A stretch of DNA of 64,000 bases, taken from the NCBI GenBank assembly GCA_963754875.1, contig CAVWHO010000010.1, positions 192,001 through 256,000 of the forward strand. Reading direction: 5' to 3'. Source of the DNA: Nitrospirota bacterium (GTDB lineage: Bacteria > Nitrospirota > UBA9217). The notes under the pieces were generated by a model, which was given only the letters and a program-made list of their open reading frames with translations, made no database searches and had not been told where the DNA came from. The position numbers and the translations under genes are program-made. Below are positions 44,203-55,018 of this stretch, one piece after another; the stretch's first letter is position 1; each line of letters starts with the position of its first letter.

Positions 44203-46340
44203 TTGCGTCAAGGTAAGCCCGAGACAGTGGGAATCCCGCCGTGAGGCGCGATGAAATCTGTCATTGTTGTCCAGTGGGTGAGAGCGCCGATTGCTCAAGT
44301 CCCATCCGACTAAAGCCTAGCCGGCAGGTCGGTAGCGAAGCCCGCGTGCGTTTCCGTGAGGAAAGGTGCGAAGCCGGGCGGAGCAAGTTTGCAGGCCGTG
44401 TTATTGAATCCCGAAATATGTATAGTTGTGGACAGTAGGATAACCTTCAAAGCATCGGAGGGAAAGCCAACGTATGGACCCAACGGAAGGCAGCAGTCCC
44501 CGGAGCGCTACGGCGAGCGAAAGGGACACCACCGGGATCTTAGAGCGGGGCACGCACACAAAGGGATAACTCGGGAACTTGAGAGAGCCTGATGTTTCCA
44601 TGCTGAACAGCCGGACGGACACCGGCGGAACAAAGTCCATGGCGTCGGTAACGCGCTCTCTAATGCCGACGATCGAAACCAGAGAGCAAGCATGGTATCG
44701 TAGCGCCACCTAAAGCGAAGTGCTGCGAGACGGGCGTCAGGCAGTCTTAGCCGATCATAGTACCGATGGTCCCAAAGCATCCGGGACCGGGAAGGTGGGG
44801 AACCGAGGTCCAAGGGACCCACTCAAGGGAAGGAAAGGCCGGGCATAACGTCTTCTGGAAGGAACTATGAGAGATACTCCGGGATCGCCAATCATATCAC
44901 CGAAACTCCAGAAGGTTGCGGAACAGGCACGGAAGTATCCGGAGATGGTGTTCAACAATCTGTATCACCTGATCGATCATGAACTTCTCTTGGAAGCCTA
45001 CCACCGGACGAGCAAAGACAGTGCGCCAGGGGTGGATAAGGTCACGGCACAAGAATACGCCGAAGCCTTGTACGGAAACCTCCACGACCTGCACGAACGG
45101 CTCAAATCAAGCCGTTACGTGGCTCCGCCCGTCGAACGGGTATGGATCAAGAAGGAAGACGGCAAGCTGAGACCGATAGGCAAACCCTGCTACGGAGACA
45201 AGATCGTCCAACGAGCGGTGGTCATGATCCTGGAAGTCATCTTCGAGCCGATATTCCAATCGTTCTCCCATGGCTTCAGAAAAGGTCATAGTCAGCATCA
45301 GGCGATACGGGAACTACGAGAACAGTGCATCAAACTGAACATCAACTGGATAGTGGATGCGGATGTAAGCGGATTTTTCGATACCATCAATCACGAAATG
45401 CTCAGAAGCTTCATCGAGAAGAAAGTGAAGGATGGAGGAATACTGAGGCTCATCGGCAAATGGCTCAATGCCGGAGTGCTCGACGGCGGGAGCATGATAT
45501 ATCCCGACAACGGCACCCCACAGGGCGGAGTAGCATCGCCGATGCTCGCCAACATATTCCTGCACTATGTGCTGGATGAATGGTATGTACAGGACGTACA
45601 GCCACGCCTCAAGGGAAAGAGCTTTCTGATTCGGTATGCCGATGATTTTATCATCGGTTTCGAGCACGAAGCCGACGCCCGCCGGGTCATGGAAGTCCTG
45701 CCGAAACGGTTCAGCCGCTTCAAGCTGACCATTCATCCCGAAAAGACGAAGCTGGTGCGGTTCATCCAGCCGTCCCCGAAAGAGGAGACGGAAAAGGAAA
45801 ATGGGACATTCGATTTTCTCGGATTCACCCATTACTGGGCCAAATCGCTTCACGGTTACTGGTTCATCAAGCGAAAGACAATCGGCAAGCGGCTCCGAAG
45901 GTTCATGAAAGCTATATGGGAATGGTGCCGGGAGAATATGCACGAACCCATTGAGGAACAGCACAAAGCGCTGCGTTCCAAGCTGCGCGGCTACTACCAG
46001 TACTACGGGATTCGCGGAAACTACAAGATGCTTGAAGTGGTATTTGAGCATACTGAGCGAGCCTGGCGGCGCTGGCTAGGGAGGCGCTGCAGCAAAGGCT
46101 ACGTGACCGTCGAGGAGTTTGACAGCTTCCACCGGAGGGTCTTTCCGCTGCCGAAACCCAGGATCATCCACAACGTCTGACCGGGCCAAGGGACAGCAAA
46201 AGTTATGCGCCAAACGGGGACGCGTCACCTGTTTGGTTAGCCGCGGGCTAAGGCCTGCGGTGACTGACGAACCGGATGCCTTAATCGGGCACGTCCGGGT
46301 CTGTGGGGGGAGCGGCGGGCAACCGCTGCTCCTACCCGGA
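44203..46340 (+). mobile_element. Group II intron (class E-like, no En domain)
   Basis: 5' TTGCG; EBS1 GGACCC (44476-44481) complementary to the exon end GGGTCC (44197-44202); DV/DVI at ~46269-46340; RT/maturase ORF. Confidence 0.9.
44867..46180 (+). CDS. ltrA: Group II intron reverse transcriptase/maturase
   Basis: APGVD, RPIG, GTPQGG, YADD, FDFLGFTH, LP.PRIIH; no HNH domain. Confidence 0.95.
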   Translation: MRDTPGSPIISPKLQKVAEQARKYPEMVFNNLYHLIDHELLLEAYHRTSKDSAPGVDKVTAQEYAEALYGNLHDLHERLKSSRYVAPPVERVWIKKEDGKLRPIGKPCYGDKIVQRAVVMILEVIFEPIFQSFSHGFRKGHSQHQAIRELREQCIKLNINWIVDADVSGFFDTINHEMLRSFIEKKVKDGGILRLIGKWLNAGVLDGGSMIYPDNGTPQGGVASPMLANIFLHYVLDEWYVQDVQPRLKGKSFLIRYADDFIIGFEHEADARRVMEVLPKRFSRFKLTIHPEKTKLVRFIQPSPKEETEKENGTFDFLGFTHYWAKSLHGYWFIKRKTIGKRLRRFMKAIWEWCRENMHEPIEEQHKALRSKLRGYYQYYGIRGNYKMLEVVFEHTERAWRRWLGRRCSKGYVTVEEFDSFHRRVFPLPKPRIIHNV

Positions 46341-46409
46341 ACAGCGACGCGCCAAAGGCGGCGCGTGACCCGCGAGTTAGGCCACATCCGAACATGCGAG
46401 AGGAGAATC

Positions 46410-47040
46410 ATGAGCAAAGTATTCGTCAACATTGGACTTAGCCTCGATGGCTACATGGCACCGGAAGGAATGACCATGGAGCAAGCCTGAGTACAAGAAC
46501 TGGGGCGCGAAGTGGGGTGCGCTGATGGCCTGGATCATCAATCAACAGTACTTCCGCGAGAACCTCAAGCTCGGACCAGGGGGAGAGACCGGCCCGGTCA
46601 ATGACCTGGTTCGCAGCACCACGGAGCGCATCGGTGCCAACATTATGGGCAAGCGAATGTTCGACCAAGGCGAGGTCGCCTGGCCAGAGGAGGCTCCGTT
46701 TCACACACCGGTATACGTTCTTACCCATGAGAAACGCGAACCCTGGGTGCGCCCCGGCGGGACGACCTTTTACTTCATCAATGACGGGCCGGAGCGTGCC
46801 CTAGAGCTGGCTCGGGAATCCGCAGGCAGTCGTGATATTCGTATCGCGGGTGGAGCGGATGTGATCCAGCAGTACCTGAACCTGGGTGTCATCGACGAGC
46901 TGGAAATCGCCTTGGCACCCGTGTTGTTCGGCGGCGGGCGGCGTCTCTTCGAGAACCTACGCGAGCCCGGGCCGCAGTTTCGCATTGACAAGGTTCTTGA
47001 TGGTCCAGCCGCCACACACTTGCGCTATGTGCGTCAGTGA
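46410..47040 (+). CDS. RibD-C/dihydrofolate reductase family protein in a gene cassette (frameshift ~46482)
   Basis: SLDGYMA, IMGKRMF, PVYVLTH, IAGGA, PVLFGGGRRLF. Confidence 0.88.
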
Positions 47041-47045
47041 GGGCG

Positions 47046-47109
47046 GCCTAACAACCGGTTGCAGCGGACGGTCCGCTGCACGGCCCGCCGTTGAACCGGA
47101 GCGTTCACA
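47046..47109 (+). other. Integron attC site
   Basis: R'' GCCTAAC, ACCGGTTGCAGCGG / CCGTTGAACCGG arms, R' GTTCACA; R'' is complementary to the upstream core GTTAGGC. Confidence 0.85.
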
Positions 47110-47253
47110 TGTAAGTTTCATCTGGAATTCTTCACCCGTGTTATATTTCTGTCATCCCATGGTTGTAGGTGTCAACGTCGGTCGAGCCGGATTCGCGTCT
47201 TAACATATTCCAATCGAAGTAAATAAGCTCACGCCAAAATACTACCGAAACAG

Positions 47254-47283
47254 TTGACAAAAAATGCAAAATATACATATAAT
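47254..47283 (+). promoter_or_regulatory. Consensus sigma70 promoter
   Basis: TTGACA-N18-TATAAT. Confidence 0.65.
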
Positions 47284-47309
47284 AAACTCGGACTTCAATA
47301 AGTCATTCT

Positions 47310-48431
47310 TTGATTAGCTTTGTTATGATGACGCTGACTAAACATAACCTGCCTGTCCTTGCCAAGCCGTCATATGTGCTTGCGACGTACAGCATAGGGC
47401 ACATGATTGTTGATGGAGCATGCGCACTTTCAATTTTGTCGTTATATTGGCTTGCACCTCTGAACTGGGAGGCTATTTATCGGCTCATTATTCTGTATAA
47501 TGTAATTGCCTTTGGCCTTCAACCGTTATTTGGACATTTGCTTGACGCTTATAAAGCGCATCATTACGGCGCCACTGCTGGACTTTTCATTACTGCGGCG
47601 GGGGCCGTCATCGCACCTGCTGCACCATCAGCTGCGGTTGTAATTTTCGGTTTGGGCAATGCTCTTTTTCACACAGGAGCAGGCGCACAGGTCTTCGCGA
47701 ACTCCGGTGGTAGTGCGACAGCTTCCGGTATATTTATTGCGCCGGGCGCAATTGGTCTTTTTCTAGGTGGAATTTTAGCAAAAGGCCACATTCATCCTTT
47801 CTTTTCGTTGCCAGCACTTTGTGTGTCAGCATTACTTTTGCTTCTGTGTCCTTCAATAAAATCTCTTAAAAAGCCGGCAGACATGACAGCTCCCGCTCGT
47901 TATGACTGGCGCTTAGTCATAGTTATGTTCCTGATGTTTATAGTGCTATCTCGTTCGGCAGCAGGGTTCGTATTGCCCCTGATGTTGCAGGGAACGCAAA
48001 AGCCGATACTGCTTTTTGTCATAGCAGCTTTTGCTGGCAAGTTTTTCGGCGGAGTTCTGGCAGACCGCTTCGGATGGCTTTCCACCACCTTCATCTTCCT
48101 TTGTGCAGCAGGTGGCATGGCGGCAATGCATCAAGAGTCCCTTTTTGTGGCATTTTTCGCCATGTTATTTGTTCAGGCGACTACTGGGGTTACTTTGGCG
48201 GCCACTCAATCTGTATTTCCTAATCGCCCTGGCTTTGCTTTTGGGCTGCCTTGTATAGCAATCTTGGCTGCAGCATATCCCTTTTCATTGCGATACCCTC
48301 TTATAACGCCTCCTGCGGGGTTAGTTGCGTCATTATGCTTTACATCAGCGTTAGTAATAATGGGGATCAAGTTGTTTCCGAAGAGCGAAACCAAAGTGTT
48401 TGGACGAAGAAGTGCGACGCAGGCTCGTTGA
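47310..48431 (+). CDS. MFS-like 12-TM membrane protein
   Basis: HMIVDGAC, AFGLQP, GNALFH.G, GGVLADRFGW; hydrophobic periodicity. Confidence 0.75.
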   Translation: MISFVMMTLTKHNLPVLAKPSYVLATYSIGHMIVDGACALSILSLYWLAPLNWEAIYRLIILYNVIAFGLQPLFGHLLDAYKAHHYGATAGLFITAAGAVIAPAAPSAAVVIFGLGNALFHTGAGAQVFANSGGSATASGIFIAPGAIGLFLGGILAKGHIHPFFSLPALCVSALLLLLCPSIKSLKKPADMTAPARYDWRLVIVMFLMFIVLSRSAAGFVLPLMLQGTQKPILLFVIAAFAGKFFGGVLADRFGWLSTTFIFLCAAGGMAAMHQESLFVAFFAMLFVQATTGVTLAATQSVFPNRPGFAFGLPCIAILAAAYPFSLRYPLITPPAGLVASLCFTSALVIMGIKLFPKSETKVFGRRSATQAR

Positions 48432-48504
48432 TGTATCCTCATGGGTAAAGATTGAAAATTACTTAGGGGAATAAGAAACTCTATAAACTCGGGAGGTGAT
48501 TCCA

Positions 48505-48660
48505 TTGAAGAACACTTTACTTTTATTTCTTATCGTGACTTTGTTAAGTATGCTTTCCTGCTCACCGCACACACATCAAGACATTTCTAATACTCCAAAT
48601 TACTATAACCAGCCGCTCGATGCTAACAACGTAACAATTTCTCTTCAAATCATTCAATAG
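48505..48660 (+). CDS. Small putative lipoprotein (51 aa, not in ORF track)
   Basis: SD GGAGGTG, TTG start, MKNTLLLFLIVTLLSMLSC lipobox-like. Confidence 0.5.
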   Translation: MKNTLLLFLIVTLLSMLSCSPHTHQDISNTPNYYNQPLDANNVTISLQIIQ

Positions 48661-48672
48661 GGGGTTAGCAAG

Positions 48673-49170
48673 ATGAGAAAAACCTTTGTTGCTGTCATTC
48701 TTTTAACTTTCTTTCTGCCTTTAGCCGGGAGCGCTGATATAATACAACCCGGCTATCATACACTTCAGAGAGAAGTTGTCATAACGAATATCAGTTCCTA
48801 CCCGGACATAGCAATAATAGCTTATCAGACCGGGCCTATGATCCAAACTTATGCAGCCCAGCAGGTCCAAGAAAATGCTGCCCTCAATGTCAGCTATAAG
48901 TTCAACGCTCTTAATATTCTTGCAGTTAAACAAGCTTATATTAACGCCGCAGGCGGTATAAACAATATTGACTTCAGCACAATGACACAAAAGCTGAATC
49001 TCGACTTCCTCGGGCCATGTATTGCGACAGTGCCTGATAGTATCCCTGTCATCTACGAGAAGATAACCTATGAGTTGCGGAGTGAGACGAGTACCACGCT
49101 TACGCTGCATGTTACCCAACGACTACTTCGTTTTAATGACGGATCCCCGGATCGAACAGAAACATACTAA
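48673..49170 (+). CDS. Secreted hypothetical protein
   Basis: Signal peptide ending GSA|DIIQPG. Confidence 0.7.
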   Translation: MRKTFVAVILLTFFLPLAGSADIIQPGYHTLQREVVITNISSYPDIAIIAYQTGPMIQTYAAQQVQENAALNVSYKFNALNILAVKQAYINAAGGINNIDFSTMTQKLNLDFLGPCIATVPDSIPVIYEKITYELRSETSTTLTLHVTQRLLRFNDGSPDRTETY

Positions 49171-49184
49171 TAACCCAAGCAAGC

Positions 49185-49541
49185 ATGTACGAATATCAAT
49201 TTCTCAAATCGCTTTGCTTGACGATAGCCGTCGAAACTGCTGTCTTATTCATTATAATCCGCTACTCGTTTTTACTCTCCAAGACGGTTATTTCAAGCGG
49301 ACTTATTTTCTTTTCAGGGGTCATCTCCTCTGGGTTTACTTTGCCTTATTTATGGTTTGTGCTGCCGGCTTTTATAGGACAGCGTAAACTCTATATCGTT
49401 GTTGGCGAAGTATCTGCAGTACTCGTGGAGATGATAATATACTGGTTTGTACTCAAATTAAATCTCAGGAGATGCAGCATTTTATCTATAGCGTCCAATT
49501 TATGTTCTTACTTGATTGGGGCGTTTCTTTTTGGATTCTAA
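49185..49541 (+). CDS. Small 4-TM membrane protein
   Basis: L.LTIAVET, TLPYLWF, GE..AVLVE, SN..SY..G pattern. Confidence 0.7.
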   Translation: MYEYQFLKSLCLTIAVETAVLFIIIRYSFLLSKTVISSGLIFFSGVISSGFTLPYLWFVLPAFIGQRKLYIVVGEVSAVLVEMIIYWFVLKLNLRRCSILSIASNLCSYLIGAFLFGF

Positions 49542-49842
49542 TTTGCAAAGCAGTTATTAAATTGTCCGTTCGAGACGCCTTGAACGAGCGTCCCATAAAG
49601 AAGCTTTCCTTGTGAATTACTGCCGGAAATTCGCAGACTAACCGCCGAAGTGGATCTGAAGTTTTGTAGGTGAACCTCTCAGCGATCCTAATTAGATTGA
49701 GGTGAAGAATCTTGTTATTATGTTATAAAGAATTATTGCTATAATATTTTACAGCTGCGAAGGTATCGAATTTGCGGCGTGAACGAATTGCAACAATATA
49801 GAGGACCCGGGTAATTTTCGTGAAAGTTTCACAGGAGCGTTC

Positions 49843-52800
49843 ATGATACTTCAGTTATTGAATCCAGACAACTATCATTTCACTGTTCATGCGCTCCCGA
49901 TGCTCATTGTAGGTGTGGCAATCCTCATCCTTGGGTTCTTTGTCATCATCCGGGAGCGTATGTCCCCTGTCGGGGCATCATTTCTTTTCATGTGCCTGTC
50001 CGTCAGCCTTTACCTGATCCCAGCTGCTTTGAACAGTGCAAGCCAGGACATCAGCCTGTCGCTTGTGTGGATCAAAATTGAGAATCTGGGCGCCATTTTT
50101 ATTCCGAGCAGCCTCCTAGTCTTGACGACGGCACTCTTCGGACTTACGCATCGTTATCGATCAGTCATCGCGGCCAGCATCGTTCTATCCATCCTGTTCG
50201 CTTTTGGACTTTTCTTTACGGATCTGCACGTCCGACGGGTCCAACACTTCTCCTGGGGCAACTATGGTCGGTACGGCCCTTTCGGATATGCTTTCATATG
50301 TTATTTCTTCGCAATAATGGTTTTTATCCTGCGACTCTACTGGCAAGAGTATCGTCGCTGCACAACGGAGCGGCAGATGAAGCGATACCGGGGGCTGTTG
50401 ACGGCCATCAGCGGCGGGTTCCTCGGCTCCGTTGACTTTCTTGCTGCCATCGGTATCCCCGTCTATCCATTCGGCTATGTATTCGTGGGATTCGTCGTTG
50501 CGGTATGCACGTACGTCATTCTGCGCTACCGACTTGTGGACATCACGCCGGAGCTGGCTGCCGGCCAAATCCTCGAGACCATGCAGGGCGCAGTCATTGT
50601 CACCAGCACGGATGGCAGAATCAGGGTCATCAACGACGTGGCACTCAAGATGCTTGGGTATCCCAGATCCGAGCTGATCGGCAGGGACCTCAGGAGCGTT
50701 CTTCCCGTTCCCCCAGATTTCAGCGCTTCCGTCCAGGCCGGAGAGAGCGCCGCCTCCCGCGAAATGGTCTGGCAGGGTAGAAACAGTAAGTATGAAGTGA
50801 ACATGTCGGTGTCTCTGCTCTCCGACCCTCAGGATGGCGAGCCGGCAGGGATCGTCTATGTAGCCTCCGACATCACCGAGCGCAAACATGCTGAAAAAAA
50901 ACTGCGAGAAAGCGAAGAAAAGTATCGTTTGATATTTCATAATAGTCCCATTGGGATATTCAATTATGATACCCAACTCCACATTACCGATTGCAATGAC
51001 AGTTTCATAGACATCCTGCGATCAAGTCGAAAGAATCTGATAGGACTTGATATGAATATATTAAGCGATCAGAGAGTGTTGCCTGCCATACGCGAAGCAA
51101 TAGAAGGAAAAGAAGGAATTTATGAGGGTTATTATCAAGCCACAACAAGCCTGGCAGAAATCCATATAGCAATGCACACTGCCCCCATCGTTGGCCAGGA
51201 TGGTAAAATTAAAGGTGGCGTAGGGCTAGTAGAAGACATCACAGAACAAGCGCGGATGAAAGAGTCTTTACAGGAACAAAAATGGTTCGCCGAGAATTTG
51301 ATTGAAAATTCAGCAGTTGCGACCTTTGTTTTGGACGCTCAGCACAAAATAGTTCTTTGGAATAAGGCATGTGAAGAGCTTACCGGCTTATCATCCGCTG
51401 CTATGATAGGAACCGATAACCAGTGGAAGCCTTTTTATGAAAACAAACGGCCGACCATTGCGGACGTCGTTATTGGCGGTGATTTTGATGAACTTCCTGC
51501 CCTCTATTCAAATCATGCGAAGTCTACACTCTCACCGGATGCATTGCATGCAGAAGGCTGGCGATCTAACCTACACGGTAAGGACAGATATATTCTTTTC
51601 GATGCCGCACCTCTCTACGACAGCAACGGGGTTTTAATTGCAGCCATCCAGACGCTGCAAGATATCACGGAGCGAAAGCACGCTGAAGAGGAAATTAACC
51701 GGAACTATGATACCCAGGCGGTAATCAATTCACTATTGCGCCTCTCTCTGGAAAAGGTCCCTCTCGAGGATATTCTCAATCGCGCCCTGGACCTTGTCCT
51801 CTCAATACCCTGGCTTGTCTCTCAATCGAGAGGCGCTATATTTCTTTCTGAAAATGAACATGGGTTGTTAACTTTAAAAGCGCAAAGAAATCTCGACGAA
51901 CGGATTCAAAAAATGTGTGCGGGTGTTCCTACGGGTAAATGCATCTGCGGACAAGCTGCATTAACACAAAAAATCATGTTTGTCGATAGCGTTGATGAGC
52001 GTCATGAAATCTCTTACGACGGCATCTATCCGCACGGTCATTACTGCGTCCCCATAATTTTCGCCGAGAGAACATTGGGGGTGGTAAATGTCTATGTGAA
52101 GAGTGGGCATAAAAGCAATGAACGAGAGCAGGAATTGCTCGTAACAATTGCAAACACACTAGCAGGCATCATCGTTCGCAGGCAGGCGGAAGACTCGCTC
52201 GTAGAAAGCGAACAAAAATTGCAGGCCATCACCGATACGGCCGCCGATGCCATTATCTTGATCGACCATGAAGAAAAGATCATATACTGGAATTCGTCCG
52301 CAAGCAGCATGCTCGGATATTCCCCGGAAGAGATCATGGGGAAAAACATCATGGTCATCATACCTCTCCGATATAGAAAAACACATGCACTGGCATTTAA
52401 GATATTTACAGAAACCGGCCAGGGTGCGTTGTTGGGGAAAACATACCAAGTTTTTGCAGTTAAAAAAGACGGCACTGAAATTCCAATAGAGTTGGCCGTT
52501 TCCGGTATCCCCCTCAAAGGCCAGTGGCATGCCGCGGGGATCATCCGTGATATCTCTGAGCGGAAAAAACTTGAAAGTCAGCTGATGCAAGCTCAAAAAA
52601 TGGAGGCGGTCGGCCAGCTGTCAGGAGGCATCGCCCATGATTTCAACAATATTCTTTCGGCAATCGTCGGATACGGCAATATCCTGCAAATGAAAATGCG
52701 GACAGATGACCCGTTAAGAGAATATTTGAGCCAGATACTTGCCTCTGCTGAGCGTGCCGCAAGCCTGACCCAGAGCCTTCTTGCATTCAGCAGGAAGCAA

Positions 52801-53718
52801 GTCATCAGTCCCAAAAACATTGACCTGAACGAGAGTATACGCAAGGTTGAAATGTTCCTTATAAGGACGATTGGAGAAGATATTGTTCTGTCGACCTCGT
52901 TAAGTGAAGAGGCACTGACGATATTCTTCGATCCCACGCAAATCGAACAAGTGTTGATGAACCTGGCCACCAACGCGCGGGACGCCATGCCAAAGGGCGG
53001 AAAACTCATAATTGAAACGAGACGGGTAATGCTCGATGATGAGTATATACGGTCTCATGGTTTTGGATTGCCCGGCTACTACGCATTGCTAACGGTGAGC
53101 GACACTGGTGAGGGTATGGATGAACAGACGCAGAAAAAAATATTTGAACCCTTCTTCACGACCAAGGAACTCGGTAGAGGGACAGGACTTGGACTTGCCA
53201 TCGTATACGGAATCGTAAAACAGAATAACGGCTATATTAACGTGTACAGCGAGGTAGGTTCAGGAACGACGTTCAAGTTATACCTCCCGTTCGTCAATGC
53301 CCAATCGGAAAAAGAGCAGCATCCTGAGGTCCAGCAGCCGCTTCGGGGAGGAACGGAGACCATCTTGTTCGCCGAAGACAATGAGACTGTAAGACAGTTG
53401 AACAGAGATCTGCTAAAGGAATTCGGCTATACCGTAATCGAGGCTACGGATGGGGAAGAGGCACTGCAGAAGTTCCGGGAGCACCGGGACCGGATCAGCC
53501 TGATCATCCTGGACGTTATCATGCCTAAGAAGAACGGTAGGGAGGTCTACGAAGAGGTAAGTCGAAGCAAGTCGAACGTAAAGGTGATCTTCACGAGCGG
53601 GTATCCAGCGGACTTGATTCAGAAAGAAAATGTACTCGAAAAAGGACTGCATTTTCTCTCGAAACCGTTTTCACCTCAGGCTCTACTGCGGACGGTCAGG
53701 GGTGTGCTTGATCAATAG
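49843..53718 (+). CDS. Hybrid sensor histidine kinase (7TM, 4 PAS, GAF, HisKA, HATPase, REC)
   Basis: [36 protein letters not shown] motifs; repeated PAS-closing DITE/DISER. Confidence 0.93.
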   Translation: MILQLLNPDNYHFTVHALPMLIVGVAILILGFFVIIRERMSPVGASFLFMCLSVSLYLIPAALNSASQDISLSLVWIKIENLGAIFIPSSLLVLTTALFGLTHRYRSVIAASIVLSILFAFGLFFTDLHVRRVQHFSWGNYGRYGPFGYAFICYFFAIMVFILRLYWQEYRRCTTERQMKRYRGLLTAISGGFLGSVDFLAAIGIPVYPFGYVFVGFVVAVCTYVILRYRLVDITPELAAGQILETMQGAVIVTSTDGRIRVINDVALKMLGYPRSELIGRDLRSVLPVPPDFSASVQAGESAASREMVWQGRNSKYEVNMSVSLLSDPQDGEPAGIVYVASDITERKHAEKKLRESEEKYRLIFHNSPIGIFNYDTQLHITDCNDSFIDILRSSRKNLIGLDMNILSDQRVLPAIREAIEGKEGIYEGYYQATTSLAEIHIAMHTAPIVGQDGKIKGGVGLVEDITEQARMKESLQEQKWFAENLIENSAVATFVLDAQHKIVLWNKACEELTGLSSAAMIGTDNQWKPFYENKRPTIADVVIGGDFDELPALYSNHAKSTLSPDALHAEGWRSNLHGKDRYILFDAAPLYDSNGVLIAAIQTLQDITERKHAEEEINRNYDTQAVINSLLRLSLEKVPLEDILNRALDLVLSIPWLVSQSRGAIFLSENEHGLLTLKAQRNLDERIQKMCAGVPTGKCICGQAALTQKIMFVDSVDERHEISYDGIYPHGHYCVPIIFAERTLGVVNVYVKSGHKSNEREQELLVTIANTLAGIIVRRQAEDSLVESEQKLQAITDTAADAIILIDHEEKIIYWNSSASSMLGYSPEEIMGKNIMVIIPLRYRKTHALAFKIFTETGQGALLGKTYQVFAVKKDGTEIPIELAVSGIPLKGQWHAAGIIRDISERKKLESQLMQAQKMEAVGQLSGGIAHDFNNILSAIVGYGNILQMKMRTDDPLREYLSQILASAERAASLTQSLLAFSRKQVISPKNIDLNESIRKVEMFLIRTIGEDIVLSTSLSEEALTIFFDPTQIEQVLMNLATNARDAMPKGGKLIIETRRVMLDDEYIRSHGFGLPGYYALLTVSDTGEGMDEQTQKKIFEPFFTTKELGRGTGLGLAIVYGIVKQNNGYINVYSEVGSGTTFKLYLPFVNAQSEKEQHPEVQQPLRGGTETILFAEDNETVRQLNRDLLKEFGYTVIEATDGEEALQKFREHRDRISLIILDVIMPKKNGREVYEEVSRSKSNVKVIFTSGYPADLIQKENVLEKGLHFLSKPFSPQALLRTVRGVLDQ

Positions 53719-54003
53719 CGAGTTGCTACATGAAGCTTTACAGATGCGGGCCTCAAAGGAGCATGGGGAGTAGATAACAAATTCAAAGATCAGGACGAGT
53801 TGCATGCACTCTGACACAAATGATCTCAACCAGCGGTCGAGAGGGACAATACACGTCGCGCCCTATACTCATACGTTGATGCATGTTTCAAACGGAATAT
53901 GGCAGTATTTATAGATGACCGCGAGTGCGGACTTGTAGGTGAAAACATAAAACTGACTCTAATGACTCCTTGAAGATTCCCACCAATCGTTTATAATAGC
54001 TTC

Positions 54004-54393
54004 ATGGATCGTTCTTCCTTCGAAAAAATTGTAACACGGTCGCTGCAACGACTTCCTGGAAAGTTCAGAAAAAAGCTGCGCAATATCATCATCGACATAG
54101 AAGACCAACCCCCGCAGACGCTCCTGGACGACATGGGTATATCGCACGGAACGCTCTTTGGGCTCTACCAGGGAGTGCCGCTGCCGGAACGGGAATGGAA
54201 TTACGGGAATGCGCTTCCGGACAGGATTGTCATCTATCAAAAAGTCATTGAACGCTCTGCGACCTCTGACTCCGATATTGAAGAGATCGTCCTGGACACG
54301 GTAGTCCATGAGATCGGACATTATTTCGGGTTCGACGACGCTACGCTTCGTTCGATAGAAGACGAGAAGAGAAGGGAAAAGGGAGGAAAGTAA
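54004..54393 (+). CDS. Zincin-like (Zincin_1) metallopeptidase
   Basis: LFGLYQGVPL, PDRIVIYQ, HEIGHYFG. Confidence 0.9.
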   Translation: MDRSSFEKIVTRSLQRLPGKFRKKLRNIIIDIEDQPPQTLLDDMGISHGTLFGLYQGVPLPEREWNYGNALPDRIVIYQKVIERSATSDSDIEEIVLDTVVHEIGHYFGFDDATLRSIEDEKRREKGGK

Positions 54394-54410
54394 CACTCTC
54401 TGATATTTAC

Positions 54411-54890
54411 TCAACGATAGGTTTTTAAAATCTTTTCTATGATCCCTGTTGTAGATGCACCTTCCACGTAGGGAACATTAATGACACGCCCGCCTCGGGC
54501 TTGAACCACATCTCTGCCGATGATTTTTTCGATAGGCCAATCTCCACCCTTGACCAGCACATCCGGCTGCAATTCTGAAATGATCCGATAGGGGTCCGGC
54601 TCGTCGAAGACAGTCACAAAATCAACCATTTCCAGGGCGGCCAAGGTCTCCATGCGGTCTGTCTGTGGGTTTATTGGTCTTTTTTCGCCCTTAATTTTTC
54701 TGACCGAAGCATCGCTGTTGACTGCTACAACGAGCAGATCTCCATAAGCTTTTGCCTGAGCAAGATATCGCGTATGGCCGGTATGAATGATGTCGAAGCA
54801 TCCATTCGTAAAAACAATTTTTTTACCGGCGCTGCGCAGGATCTCCAGGAGGGGACGCAATTCTGCTACTGTTTTAATTTTTTTGTGCAT
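54411..54890 (-). CDS. rfaE2: D-glycero-beta-D-manno-heptose 1-phosphate adenylyltransferase
   Basis: FTNGCFDIIHTGH, NSDASV, KGGDW, STT motifs. Confidence 0.92.
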   Translation of the reverse strand: MHKKIKTVAELRPLLEILRSAGKKIVFTNGCFDIIHTGHTRYLAQAKAYGDLLVVAVNSDASVRKIKGEKRPINPQTDRMETLAALEMVDFVTVFDEPDPYRIISELQPDVLVKGGDWPIEKIIGRDVVQARGGRVINVPYVEGASTTGIIEKILKTYR

Positions 54891-55018
54891 GGGGAACTAT
54901 AATATAAAACCGATGAGAAATCAAGCAGTCGGTGAAAAGCGGATTTCTGTCGTTTTGACGCATTAACAAGCGTTTCATCTTCCTTGACAACGGCAAAAGT
55001 TCCGATATACTTAGTACC

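Larger units (their letters stand above)
44186..46382 (+). other. Integron attC site (59 bp when rejoined) split by a group II intron
   Basis: AATTAAC AAGCGGGTCC | ACAGCGACGCGCCAAAGGCGGCGCGTGACCCGCGA GTTAGGC; GCGGGTC/GACCCGC and ACGCGCC/GGCGCGT pair. Confidence 0.8.
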
